Source: Anolis carolinensis
Lineage: Eukaryota
Length of the DNA stretch: 64,000 nucleotides
Assembly (NCBI RefSeq): GCF_035594765.1
Contig: NC_085844.1
Location: 94,565,923-94,629,922, forward strand
Reading direction: 5' to 3'
Shown piece by piece: positions 24,901 to 37,710 of this stretch. Both the position numbers and the translations under genes were made by a program. Under the pieces are notes generated by a model. That model saw nothing but the letters and a program-made list of their open reading frames with translations. It did no database searches and was not told the origin of the DNA. Position 1 is the stretch's first letter; each line of letters starts with the position of its first letter.

Positions 24901-26466
24901 AATGGTATTATTTGTTCCCTTATACATTATAGCAAGTCTTGCAATGGTATGAATGGCTGAGGTACCAAGAACAGGGTGTAATATTTACAGGAAGCCTTTG
25001 ATGAATAAGTGGAAAAAAAACTGTGGATGAGAAATCACGAATATTAAACAAAGCATCAACTATCACATATAAATTAAGATAAAGGTCAGAATCCAATTGG
25101 GGATTTATGTCCTCAGGTACTGGAATTGGGCAGTTCCATAACATCTCTATCTAATAAAGGACTGAAGAGCTGCTGTATGTAACTAACTATATATATAGAG
25201 GAACCAGTAAAGCGAGCAATGTTCATTGGGACAGTTGCACAACACGTTACTGTATATTGGGACATTGGCAAGAGAATACTGATCTGCATCAGGACACTCT
25301 TGTCAATGTCCCATTGCACATTTTCTCAATTCACTGAAAGGGTTTCTTAGTGCCTCTGCTGCAGTTCTAAGCATATGTAGTCTTATGCAATGTAGACCAT
25401 GATAGAGGATTCCAGCCAAAATTATTAGTCAATGTATAATCCATAAAGGATCTATTACAATCTGTTTCAGTCATTTATCACTGATGTATTCTTCTGTCTC
25501 CTGCAGCTCAAGACATCAAAAATCCTTACAGTTTCATCATACTAGCAACAACCATACAATAGTCATACAAATGACACTATTTTACTTTTTAAAGTATCAA
25601 CAAAAACAAATAAAATCTGTTACTCTTGTTTTTGTTATATTTTTCAGAATGCCCTCAGCATTCTTGTTCTGTTTTGTTTGTAAAGCTTTTCCCCAATTCC
25701 TGCATTGAAAATCATGCTTTTTTTAATATGCAGTTTTAGCTATGCACATATTTGTGCACTTTTTTCCACTTCCAAATGTGTATGAAGCCTCAAGAATGTG
25801 TGAATATTTGAGATAAGATGTTTGCCATTATGTTGCCCATCTCTGTGTTGCTAACTGTGAAAATAATTTTTCCATTGGCAAGAAGCATCAGAAGGGTTTT
25901 CATGATATCATAATAATGACACATAATAATGACCTTTCTTTAACAATAATCCAATTGACCACACAGAAGTAGTGATATTACAATTTGTTGTGACTTTCTT
26001 GTCAGACATTTCCAACAACAAAAAATATTTGTCATTGCAACTTTCGGAGTTGTTGACTTGGTTTTTCTCTTAAAACATAACCCATTTTTCAATCATTCCA
26101 AGTTCCAACATAGTTTCATTGGACTAGGAGTCCCCTTGAGGAGAAGGGCAGGGTAGAAATATCGGAAATAAAATAAAATAGGAGAAGAAAATCAAGCAGA
26201 GATCACTTGCATCAATGGGATGTCATACAAACTCAGGATCAAAGCCTTCTCTATTTGTTTAAAATATCTGAACTAGAATTAAAATCCAATACCAATTTTA
26301 AGTATTATGTGTGGAAATGAACTAAGAAAGAAAGAAAATATAAATGAGAATAACAATTTTTAGTAGCTGAAATCTAGGTCCAGTTGACTCAGTGCAAAAG
26401 GGATATTCTCAGTAGATGTAACCATTGTCTATGATGCCAGCTCCTACAAATACCCATATATAGGTA

Positions 26467-26774
26467 CAGTAGAGTCTCACTTATCCAACATAAACGAGCC
26501 GGCAGAATGTTGGATAAGCAAATATGTTGGATAATAAGGAGGGATTAAGGAAAAGCCTAGTAAGGATCAAATTAGGTTATGATTTTACAAATTAAGCATC
26601 AAAACATCATGTTATACAACAAATTTGACAAAAAAAGTAGTTCAATACGCAGTAATGCTATGTAGTAATTATTATATTTACGAATTTAGCACCAAAATAT
26701 CACGATGTATTGAAAACATTGACTACAAAAATGTGTTGGATAATCCAGAATGTTGGATAAGTGAGACTCTACAG
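26467..26774. mobile_element. Tc1/mariner-superfamily MITE (opposite orientation to the 5231 and 21140 copies)
   Basis: TIRs and TA TSD. Confidence 0.92.
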
Positions 26775-27024
26775 TACTACTTACCTCAATATCACTACCT
26801 ACTTACAATTCCAGCCTTATCTCAGTATCACTGCTTGCCTACTTACGAGTCCAAATATTGGTCCAACAGCATCAAGTTTCTTTTTTCAGAAACAGAGGGA
26901 CTAGCTAGACATTGTGTTGTACTGATGGAATATCTTCTCTGTTCATATTAGAAAGGGATCGGCTTTGTTGGAGTACAACCAATCAACAAATGGATGAACA
27001 GCTGAACTGAGAGTAGTTGACTAA

Positions 27025-27719
27025 GGGCCCATCCAGACAGGCTTTAACACCAAGACCAGTCTGGGTTTTTACTGGGGGAGTCCAAACGATGCCCCACCCA
27101 GTAAAAACAAATCAATTCAGAATAACCTCGGCTATTCCGAATTAATTAAATACCCCATTAGATCTGGGCTTTCCTGAAAGGCACGGGTCTAATGGGATAC
27201 TGGGCCTGTGGGAACTCACCCCCAAGTAGTTCTGGGACTACCCAGAACTTCCCAGGGATAAGTCCCCATTTGTCATCTCAAAAGGTCTGGGATGGCGCCC
27301 AAATCCTCCCATGTAGCCCACAAAACAACCCTTTTAAAAAAACAAACAAACATGTATCTGACTGCCATTTAGATGCTCCTTGTATCCTCCTGGCAGAAAG
27401 AAATTATGTGCCAGGGGACCGGTGGGGGGTGGGGGAGGAAAATGTCATTTCTTTGGCATGTCATTTCTTTGTGCCAGGAGGATGCAAGGAACACCTTAAT
27501 GTTAGCTGGGTAAGTTTTTTAAAAAAGTTTTAAGGGTTGTATTGGTGGGCTTTGGAGTGTCTGCATGCCATCTTGGTAGTTACCAAGATTGCATGTAGCC
27601 ACCCTCTCCAGGAAAGCCCAGGTTTTGGGGGGGGGGGGGGGAGTGGAGATGGAAATCTGCCCCAAAGCGGGTTTCTTAAACTGCTATGGCACAGATTTTG
27701 CCTCTGTCTTGAAGTGCCC
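27025..27719. mobile_element. Harbinger-like non-autonomous element
   Basis: Termini gggcccatccagacag ... ctgtcttgaagtgccc; internal palindromes; related to the 41760 and 53802 elements. Confidence 0.7.
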
Positions 27720-27801
27720 TTGGTTTTTGTCTTCTCATGGGTGATGTGATAGTAGCCACTGTGGTAACCAAAAGCACCTGTATTCATCTGGAATGAACAT
27801 A

Positions 27802-28124
27802 CAGTAGAGTCTCACTTATCCAACATAAACGGGCTGGCAGAATGTTGGATAAGCGAATATGTTGGATAATAAGGAAGCATTAAGGAAAAGCCTATTAAAC
27901 ATCAAATTAGGTTATGATTTTACAAATGAAGCACCAAAACATCATGTTAGACAACAAATTTGGCAGAAAAAGTAGTTCAATACGCAGTGATGCTATGTAG
28001 TAATTACTGTATTTATGAATTTAGCACCAAAATATCACGATATATTGAAAACATTGACTACAAAAATGCGTTGGATAATCCAGAACGTTGGATAAGCGAG
28101 TGTTGGATAAGTGAGACTCTACTG
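27802..28124. mobile_element. Tc1/mariner-superfamily MITE
   Basis: TIRs and TA TSD. Confidence 0.92.
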
Positions 28125-28399
28125 TATTAATAAATAAATGAATGTTTGAAAACAAACCATAACTGGAGTTAAACTGTTCAATCTATTGTAAAATTCGGTG
28201 TGGAAAGCAGCAGGAAATTTTTAGATTTGGCTTCACTGTGCTACTCTAGTGGGGAAATATGCAGTAGTTATCTCAACCTTTTGACAATGTAAAAACCAGT
28301 AGCTGTCTGGACCTTTCTCAAACCTGAGGCACAATAGAGTCCTAGGACATCCATGAAGAATACACTCATTTTGAGAGGGCCAAACAATGCAAGCTTTTG

Positions 28400-29150
28400 T
28401 ATATAATTTTATGTATAACCACTGAGAAGGTCCTGTCCACCTCCCAACCAAGTGGAATTTTAAAGATGATGGAACATGAAGCAAAGCTTCCAGTGATAAA
28501 TGCAATAGAGAGGCGGGATCAGATAAGAAAGGATGGCCCTACAGATAACAGGTCTTAAAGTAAGAATATTGGCCAGCATTTCTGTCTAACTCACAAATCT
28601 GAAGAGCTGGGAAAACTGCTATCTGGTATGGTAACCATTATAATGAAGGCTATGATGATATTTACTATTGGGAAAAGACTATGATTGGACAACATTTCAT
28701 ATTGTAACTTCTGCAGCCCAGTTTGGCTTTCATACCTAGATTTTTTTTCCAGAATCCAACCAGAGATAGGTTACGAGCTATTTGAACCTACAATATCTAT
28801 TATCCTACTGGGAAGAAAGATGTCATGATCTTCTTCAAGATGAAGCTACTCCATCCAGATTAGAGTGAAACTCCAGACTCGTGAGTTAGAATTCCAATGC
28901 AATTATTGTACTTAGCTTTTAATTCCAATGTGTACATGCTTTTTCATATTCACCTAGGATTAATAGCATTACAATTTAGTTTTCATTGTCAGAAGAGATT
29001 ATCATTTTGATGACTTCCTGGCTTGGTTCCAACTGGTCAGATTTGGTTATGGTTGTAGAAACACAACTGCCGAGCTGCATTCTTTCTCAAGCATTCCCTT
29101 AGATAAAATTGGATTCATTGTGGTCCTTATTCTTCCTCTGGCATATTTTT
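28400..29150 (-). mobile_element. Highly decayed L2 fragment
   Basis: EALLHVPSS...LVGR..GPSQW resembles the L2 EALL.VP..LVG...AFSV motif; boundaries approximate. Confidence 0.4.
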
Positions 29151-29621
29151 ATCTTTTGCATTCTCAAGGTTTTGCAGAAATAGTTGCTATAATGTACAGC
29201 CACTCAAAGACTTAGAAGCACATTACATTAGTAGCACATAGCTCATCAGATTAAAAATTATACAACCGCAACTGCTGCTACTGTCAGAAGAGGTGAAACA
29301 CCTTTGAATTCCACTGTAATTCCACTTGATGTCATCAGTACCACAAAAAAGTGAGTATCCAAATAAGAGACAAAACAAAAATTAATTTAGAACAAAACAA
29401 ACCTGTTCTTATGAACTCAGATTTAATCCTCCACAGGCAAAATGACAATGCAGTGCATTGCTGGCTGGGGTAATCAAAACGATAGTTGTCACAACAATGG
29501 CTGAAACGCTACAGTTTTGAATATTTTTATTTCATAAATTTTAGTTACTGAAGATATGTGGCTGATGAATCCTTTAATCCGAAGCCAGACTGAAAGCTTC
29601 AGAGATACCCAACAAACTTTT

Positions 29622-29759
29622 TTAAAAAAATATTTTTATTAAGTAATTTTAAACATAGAAAGAGTAAGAACAATATTGAATGTAGGACAGAAAGTGAAAA
29701 GGGAAGGGGAATGGTATGGAAAAAGAGGAGAGAGAAAAAAGAAGAAGAGAAAAAAATAT

Positions 29760-29817
<58 letters not shown>

Positions 29818-30537
29818 CTGGCTTCCGTTCTTCTTCCTTTTGGTTTTATTAACCATAGTTTATTATTTCTTCTTTATATTTAGTCTTTCTTTCCCTTTTT
29901 GCTTCTATTTTTGTTATCTACATTCTGTCTTCTATATTTGGTATGTGATTTTAATATATTCTTCTAAGCATGACCAGTCTGTCATTTTTATACCTCTAGC
30001 ATTGATCTTCTTTAATAGATAAGTTAATCTATCCATGTCCTTTATTTCCATAACTTTATTTAGCCAATTCTCCTTAGTCGGTAACTCTTTTGTCTTCCAT
30101 CCTTTCGCAAAAAAACATCCTGGCTGCTATTGCCATATATGTAAGTAATTTTTTTAATTGAAGTCTTTTATGATTTCCTTTTCGTATATTCCCAACAGAT
30201 ACGTTTCAGGTTTCATTATGTAACTAATTCCCCCCCAAAAAATTGGCTTTCTTTATGTATCATCTTCCAGAATTCCATGGTTTTGTTACATGGCCACCAT
30301 AAGTGGTAATATGTTCCTTCTTTTTCTTTACATTTCCAGCACCTATTGTCCAAATTTTTATACATTAATCCCAATTTTTTAGGGGTAATATACCACCTAT
30401 GAAGCATTTTGAGCCAATTTTCTTTTAAGTCCAAAGCATAATTAAATGTTAATTTTCTTTGCCATATTTCTTCCAATTCTTTCATCGTTATTGGTCTGCC
30501 AATGTTTCTTGCCCATTTCATCATTGAGTTCGTCATT
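29622..30537 (-). mobile_element. 5'-truncated L1 LINE
   Basis: ORF 30216-30551 LKENWLKMLHRWYITPKKL...RCWKCKEKEGTYYHLWWPC (L1 ORF2 CCHC knuckle); AATAAA near 29635 on minus; TSD core acaaactttt at 29612-29621 and 30548-30557. Confidence 0.88.
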
Positions 30538-30605
30538 GAGATATCGGACAAACTTTTGAGTTGGAATCGAGGGCACTGAAGTTGGTCTTCTGTAGAGGCA
30601 ACTTA

Positions 30606-30752
30606 GGCCCCTTAGACACTGCCATATAAAAACCAGATTATCAGTTTTGGATTGGATTATATGGAAGTGTAGACTCATATAACCCAGTTCAAAGAAGATA
30701 ATGTGGATTATCTACTTTGATAATCTGGATTATATAGCAGTGTAGAAGAGGC
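30606..30752. mobile_element. Short Harbinger-like MITE
   Basis: ggccccttagacactgccatata ... tatatagcagtgtagaagaggc inverted termini. Confidence 0.7.
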
Positions 30753-30805
30753 ACGAATTGAATCTGAATGCTCCAAAATTTGTTGGTGTTTTAGGGGCAA
30801 ATGGA

Positions 30806-31020
30806 GGCTGTATCCACACTGCAGAATCATAGCAGTTTGACACCATATTATCTGCAATTGCTCAGTGTTACACAATTATCAGATTTTTTTTGTGAGTTGT
30901 TTACCCATTTTTATCTGAGGGCTCTGGTGCCATAACCAGCTGCAAATCTCTGGATTCTATAGGATGGAGCTATGACAGCTAAAGAGGTATAAACTTCTAT
31001 AGTTCTTCAGTATGGATGTG
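30806..31020. mobile_element. Harbinger-like MITE (ggctgtatccacact type)
   Basis: atccacactgcagaa ... ttcttcagtatggatg inverted ends; similar to 42946-43446. Confidence 0.55.
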
Positions 31021-31999
31021 AAGAAAGACACAGAAGCCTCAATCCAATTGTTAGTCCCTACAAGAGAAGAGCAATCAAATCAAAGGGATCTAAAGAGACT
31101 ATCATATTTAGATCAGAGTGTATTCCTGCTACACAGTTTAGCATTTTGATCCCAGTTGAATTGTGAGGGCTCCATTTTTATAGGATACTAGGTTTTCTAC
31201 ACTGATGAATTTTCTACAGAACAGCTCTACAGCTCTACCTCACAGAAGTGGTCTCAACCTGAAAACATCATAAGGATCTGACTCAACAACAAGTCGTAGA
31301 TTTTTGCAGGAAGGTGCCATGACAGTTAAAGTGATATCAAACTGCTAGCGTTATTCTATGTAGATATAATCTGCAAAAATGTAAACATTTCTCTTCCATT
31401 GAAGGAGGTAGGATGAATAGAGCAGAAGAGCAGGGTAGCATTGACCTGTGACTAACAGCATTGCACTTAAGAAAGAAATAACTTTATCATTTTTCTTTTT
31501 TTGGGATTGTGGAAGTTTCTTCCTCCTCTTTCGGAAGAGGAATAGCATAAGATTTTGTAGGCATGAATTAAAGATGTTACTCATTTAACTTAGTAGGTTT
31601 AATGCAGAAAAAAATCTTCAAGAAGAAGCAGGAAAACTGATAAGGTACTCACAATTAGTATTTTATTGCCATCATGTCACAGTCACATCCAAAGGTGTCT
31701 GCTCTCTCTCCCTTCTCAGCATCTATTCTTTTTATTTCCCTCCAGCCTCACCCTTCACGTGCACCTTCCACAATCACCCAACTTATATATTCATCAACTT
31801 GGCTTGTGTCTCTTCCCCTTGGCTCAAGGGGGTATGTTTTCTTTACTCGATGTGCAGGACCCTCTGACTTCCACACACTCTTATAGCTACTTTTAATGAA
31901 TGCTGCTTGGCAAGGGGTGCAGAAGGAACATTTTAGAGATGGTTGCTATGTTTTCACTATTCTTATGGCTGTGGTAACAGCAACCTTCAAGATTTCAAG

Positions 32000-32700
32000 A
32001 ATTTATTTTTTAAAAATAAACAAAAACAAAAGAAAAACATTGTTATAGCATAAAACTACACATAAGCAAAAATACAATACAAAAATGACATAAAACAGTT
32101 AGACAAAACTACAATTATAGTTTGGGGCGGGAAGACATGACTTCAGACTTCCCAGTTAGTGATATTATTTAACACTGAAAATCAATTATTCTACTTAATC
32201 ATTATTCTACTTATATGTGACATCTACTAGTCTTCAAACACAAATGTGGATACTCTTCCTCAGTGAATTCTTAAAAATTCAAGTAATGAATACAATCCTG
32301 CTCAACATTAGTTCCTGGTTTTTCTTTGTTCATTTTCCATTTGTCCATTTCTGCCAAATCATACACTTCCAGCAATCAATCTTCTTCAGTTGGATTGCTG
32401 TGTCTTTTAATTTCAATGCATAAATAAGTCTAGCAGCTGTAATCACGCACTGCATTATTCTTCCATGTCTTCTATCATACTGATCACCTAGAGTTCTGGT
32501 TTCAACTGGAGTTATGTTTCAAAATGCCTTCCATTAAATGAAATATCTTAGTCCAAAACATCCTTGTTTTAGCACATGTCCTCTTTGCCATTCCATTTCC
32601 ATCAAACGTTGGAAGAGCCCTTGTACATTTTTACAATCTTTCTGGTATTGAATTCCCTCTATACATCATCATAGGCATTTTCTCTATGGTTGAAGAAAGG
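32000..32700 (-). mobile_element. Decayed L1 3' end
   Basis: Minus-strand VITAARLIYA...PTEED relic plus a T-rich UTR ending in AATAAA. Confidence 0.6.
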
Positions 32701-33769
32701 TTTTGTTGAAAAACAATCACTAACTGGGAATTGCCTGTATCAAGCTTCCCTATTGCTTTGTCTGTTTTTTTTTTTTTTTGGGGGGGGGGGGGAGGTTACA
32801 GATGTGGTATCTTTTGTGATATATAATAGAAGATCACTAGTTCTAGGCAGGACAGAAAAGCAGCAGAACTAGGGGAAGTTGGTCTTATCACTCTGTGGTC
32901 TCTCCTCTTTAATGTGGAGAGAAGCAGTTATAAAATACATAATGGGCGAAGAACAACAAGAATGAATCCCAGACAGACTCCTTGGCTGTATCCCCTCTTC
33001 TTTCCTCAGGGCCTGTTTGAATCCTGTCAGATAGTTCATGGGCTTAAATTTATCTCTCGATAACTTAAACTGTGAAAGTGTTCAGTACTTCCTCTTCATA
33101 AGAACTAATGAGAATGCAAGAGAAAGGAGTACAAACAAATAAAAACCACAGCCATTTGAACACTTCTCCAAAACATAGGAATCAGTTAAGTCCTAGGTTT
33201 TGCACTCACAAAAGAAAACTTTGCTATACATGAACAAGGCACAAATAAGACCACATTGAAGGTAACAAAAGCCTTTAAAGACAGTCTTCTGCCACCACGA
33301 TAGGATTGATACAAAAACAAATTAAATTCTAATCTCCTGTCTAGACAGATCTTTGCTTATCCAGTCACACATGCCATAGAACCTAAGACGTTTAGAACAC
33401 CTTGGGAAAAGTTTGTAATTCTGAACTCCTTGTTCTTCTCTTCTCTCTTGATGGGTTTCCCTCCATCACTTCCTCCTAGGGCTATATTGTGGGGGCTGAG
33501 TTAGTTGACCTCTTGGGATTCCATTGAGTTCAAAAATACTTGATTCTAACATTTCTGTGAATAGATTTTCTATCAGTGCTTGCTGTCTGGGCCATATTTG
33601 GGGAGATCCTCTTACAGATTTTGTCAAAATTGCCCAGAACTATTGTTGGGGAGATTAGCTGGTAGTTTTCAGTAAACAGTGGCTAAAGAAATGGATGTAA
33701 ACTATTTTGGAAAGAAATAGCCATTTTGAAGATAGGCACATATCTTATTTCTCATCCTTAATTTGAAGA

Positions 33770-34088
33770 TTATGACGGCGATTTTTCCGTTTTGCCATGG
33801 AGTCTGCTGGCTCCCATTTCACAACGTACAACTACTTCCAGTGGGAATCCATAGTAAAACTGAAGCGGAACTAGTGTATGCCCCCATGGTAGCAACATGG
33901 GAGGCTTCCCGTGTAGCATTAGCAACAATGGGAGGAAGCCAGGCAGCAGGCACTTCCACACATGAGATTGGGTTAAGGGTAAATCGGGTGATATGGGGCA
34001 TGAGGCGACGGGTTCCCCCTGCACCCCACTGGGCACGGTGGATTTGCCACAGTCTGTGGCGATTCCAGCAGCAAATGTGATGAGGTCC
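33770..34088. mobile_element. Old Harbinger-like MITE (left end missing)
   Basis: Ends tgtgatgaggtcc as the 13 kb copy does; shares ctacttcca.tggg and ggaggcttcc.gtgt...acaatggga with the 4460 copy. Confidence 0.55.
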
Positions 34089-34262
34089 TGAGTCCCAGGA
34101 GCAGAAATCATGACAACCTCTGTTTATGCCCAACCTCTAAATTTATAAACAGACAATAATATTATAAACTTATAAATTCTTTGGTCATCTTATTGCAAAG
34201 AAATATGAATAAGTGCTATATCCATGAAACTTTTCATCACATTAGAAAAGAAAAAGCATTGA

Positions 34263-34401
34263 GACCCCTTCTACAGAGCTGTATAAAATCCACATTGAAC
34301 TGGATTATATGGCAGTGTGGACTCAGATAATCCAGTTCAAAGCAGATGTTTTGGGTTATCTGCCTTAATATTCTGGGTTATATGGCTGTGTGGAAGGTCC
34401 C
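34263..34401. mobile_element. Short Harbinger-like MITE
   Basis: TIRs gaccccttctaca / tgtggaaggtccc, 3-bp TSD TGA. Confidence 0.8.
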
Positions 34402-35150
34402 TGAGTGAGGAGGAGGATGAGGAGGAGGAGGAAGAAGAAGAATACTGGACTAATGTCTAATGTATAAAGGAAGGGATGGGTTAGAAGGACACAGTGAAAG
34501 AAAGAATAACAGAAGTAAGAGAGTATAGTGTCAACTCGTGAGAAGCCTGAGGTCATTGAAACAGATTATTTTTAAGCATGGTTCATTGGCTGTCAACTGT
34601 ATACATTTTCCAGTGATTGTTTTAAGTTTTAAAAAGCACTGTCTGGGGATGCTGACATATTTTACCAGAGGCTTGAGTGATATATGTTTTTCTTTTTGCC
34701 TTGGCGGGTGATCCTGTCAAAACCCTGTCTGATGTCTGGAATAGGAAAGCAGCCAGAGTGGTGATTGCTTCTAAGCATCCCTTGGAAAAAACAGAATGAA
34801 ACCAATGGAGCCCCTGGTTCACATGAGAGCTGGTGGTAATAAATAAATGAGACAGAAACTAGAGTCTTGATGGCAGAAGAATCAGAGTGAGCCCAACTGG
34901 ATGCAGGCTAGAGCTCTTTGGAACGCCTACACTGTGGTGTGGTTGATAGCAAAGAAATTGTGCTTCTCTGTCACCATCGCATCTGCACAGTATAATCCAG
35001 CAGAACTGTCTCAAGATGGACATTCCCCTCTAGCAATTTCTATTGAAAGGCAAACTGGCTCCAAGTTTCATGTAGGGATCATCAGGTTCATAGACAGAAA
35101 AAATGGAGGGGGGGGGGGGTTGAAACAATTATTTTTAGGTAATCATGAAG

Positions 35151-35468
35151 GAGCCCCAGTGGCAAAGTGTGTTAAAGCACTGAGCTGCTGAACTTGCAGA
35201 CTGAAAGGTCCCAGGTTCAAACCCCGGGAGCGGCGTGAGCAGCCGCTGTGAGCCCCAGCTCCTGCCAACATAGCAGTTTGAAAATATGCCAATCTGAGTA
35301 GATCAATAGATACTGCTCCGGCGGGAAGGTAATGGCGCTCCATGCAGTCATGCCGGCCACATGACCTTGGAGGTGTCTACGGCTTAGAAATGGAGATAAG
35401 CACCAACCCCCAGAGTCAGACATGACTGGACTTAACGTCAGGGGAAAACCTTTATCTTTATCTTTACC
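35151..35468 (+). mobile_element. Sauria SINE, full length (small internal deletion)
   Basis: Head gagccccagtggc, B box ggttcaaaccc, acctttatcttt tail; 10-bp TSD aatcatgaag (35141-35150, 35469-35478). Confidence 0.93.
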
Positions 35469-36556
35469 AATCATGAAGACTAGGTCTACAGGACAAAATA
35501 ATTTAAATTCTATGACTCATTCTATATTTTTATATGGACTTAATTAAATCAAATTTCTATTTTAGCTATAAAGTTTCAAGTCTAAAAAAACCTGACTCTT
35601 ACTGGATAATTTAATACCATGTTTCCCCAAAAATAAGACAGTATATTAGATTTTTTTCCCAAAGATGTGCTAGGTCTTATTTTCAGGGGATGTCTTTTTC
35701 CCCACTATTCCTTTCTTGTACTAGATGGCTCCCTCCTTCTCTGTTGAGGAAAGTGCATGGCTAGATGGGCATCTGTTGGGAGTGCTTTGACTGTGCTTGT
35801 TTTTTCTGCCTGTTGTTCATAAAAACTTTTTAAAATTTCCAAAGATCAGTAAATGAGGGAAATGTTCTGAAACTTGGGGATGTAACAGTGGTAAATGTGT
35901 TCTATAATTGTAACAAGTTTCATTCAGATAGCTCTAAAATGAGGGAGAAAGGAACCCCAGAAGCTTTCCCACTTGCACTATTACTAAAAAAGTAACAAAA
36001 GTAACAAAAAAAGTAACAAAAAATATTGCTACAGTTACATTACGGACTCCAAACGATATTTTAGAAACACTTTAGAAATGATTTGCTGCCCTCCTCAAAT
36101 TTAGTTATTTATTTATTTCGTGTCAAAAGCATTGTACATTTCAAATAATGGAAATTTAAAAAAAAAAGGAATCACAAGCAACTCAAATTTAGTAATCAGT
36201 ACTGAATCATTTTTTCATTGATCATAGAGGCCTAGTCAGTATCTTGAAAGTATTCATTGTAAAGTTCTGTGCATTTGTTCAAGTTGGATTTTAAATGGCC
36301 ACAATTAATAGGGAGGAAGACTTGCAGTTCCTGAACTACTTCCCTGTGCCTTATAAAAACTTTATTGATGTTGACTGCAGAAACAGTCCAGAGATGGGAT
36401 GTACACATTTACCCTATAAATGGATTTTGCACCATTTGAGTTTTCCCTTGATCATCAGAAACAGTCTTGTTCATATTAAGTCCAAGGTCTAACAATGACA
36501 CAGATTCTTCTCTTTGCTCCTGTTCCATGGTTTCTTTGGCAGGGCTTGGATTAGAT

Positions 36557-37010
36557 CAGTGTTTCCCAACCTTTTTTTGACCAGGGCCCACTTGACAGGT
36601 GGACAGGGAGCAGTTTGACCAGGGACCACTTGAACAGGGACCACTTTGACCATGGACCACTTTGACCACTCTCCAACATTAGTACCAAAAGGGTTACAAA
36701 TCAGTTTTTGGTCAACTTTAGATTCGGTTTTGTTAGTTGAGGTGCTTATTCAGAAAATATCATTGGATAGACCAGATCAGCTCTAGTTTCTTATACAGAA
36801 CATATGCCATCCAGTAGTCGCTATCATTTTTCCCACAGAAAACCATATTTAATAATCTATAGCTGATGTGGTCTATCCAATGTAATTGTCAGCTCTGCAA
36901 AAAGGAACAGAAAAAATAAAAAACAAATAAAGAGGAAAGAGATTCGCGGACGGGATTTTTGTTCTTAATGACCCACTGCTGGGCCGTGGCTCACAGGTTG
37001 AGAACTACTG
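36557..37010. mobile_element. hAT-Charlie non-autonomous element
   Basis: TIRs cagtgtttcccaacct / aggttgagaactactg; perfect 8-bp TSD gattagat (36549-36556, 37011-37018); internal gggaccactttgacc repeats. Confidence 0.92.
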
Positions 37011-37489
37011 GATTAGATGAACCAGTAGTAGACACCTCAATTTCCACAGTTTCTTCAATTTTCACTTGCAATCCTGGTGTGCATCTTCTGGAATCTTCAT
37101 CAATACCAGCTGCTGCCTTCTTGGTCTTCAATATTTGGCTTTTTATTTTGCCATGAATTATTTTATTTTCAGACCAAAAGATATCTTTCAATAATCCTGT
37201 TGAAACTACTTCTCCTAGCCATATCGAATCAGCAGGTGTACCCTCTAGACCCAAGGAATGTCTGGAGGTTTTCGTGGCAGAGTTTAATATTTTAATATTC
37301 TGGTAATAAATTGGATAACAAGAGTTTTTCTGCCCATTACATTATTCATCATAATTCCTGTTTGTGCATTTATTTAGGCTATAGTTCTGGTCTATTTCGC
37401 TCCCTGATGAAATTCAGGTATGTATAGAATGATTCTGGAAGACTGTAATTCCACGTGTAGTTATTTGGAAACAAATCATTTTGAATTTG

Positions 37490-37710
37490 GTGGCACTATG
37501 ACCCTGAAGACCAGGGCTCAGATCCTCACTTGGCCATTAAACCCACTGGGTGACCTTGGGCAAGACATAGTCTCTCAGCCTCAGAGAAAGGCAATAGAAA
37601 ACCTCTTCTGAACAAATCTTGCCATGAAAACCCTGTAATAGGTTCATTTTAGAGTTACCATAGGTTGGAAAAAGCACACCACCTACCACCCTACCACCAC
37701 CATTACAAGA
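37490..37710 (+). mobile_element. CORE/MIR-related squamate SINE
   Basis: ctgggtgaccttgggcaag...ctctcagcctcag CORE-like block, homologous to 57090-57305. Confidence 0.7.
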
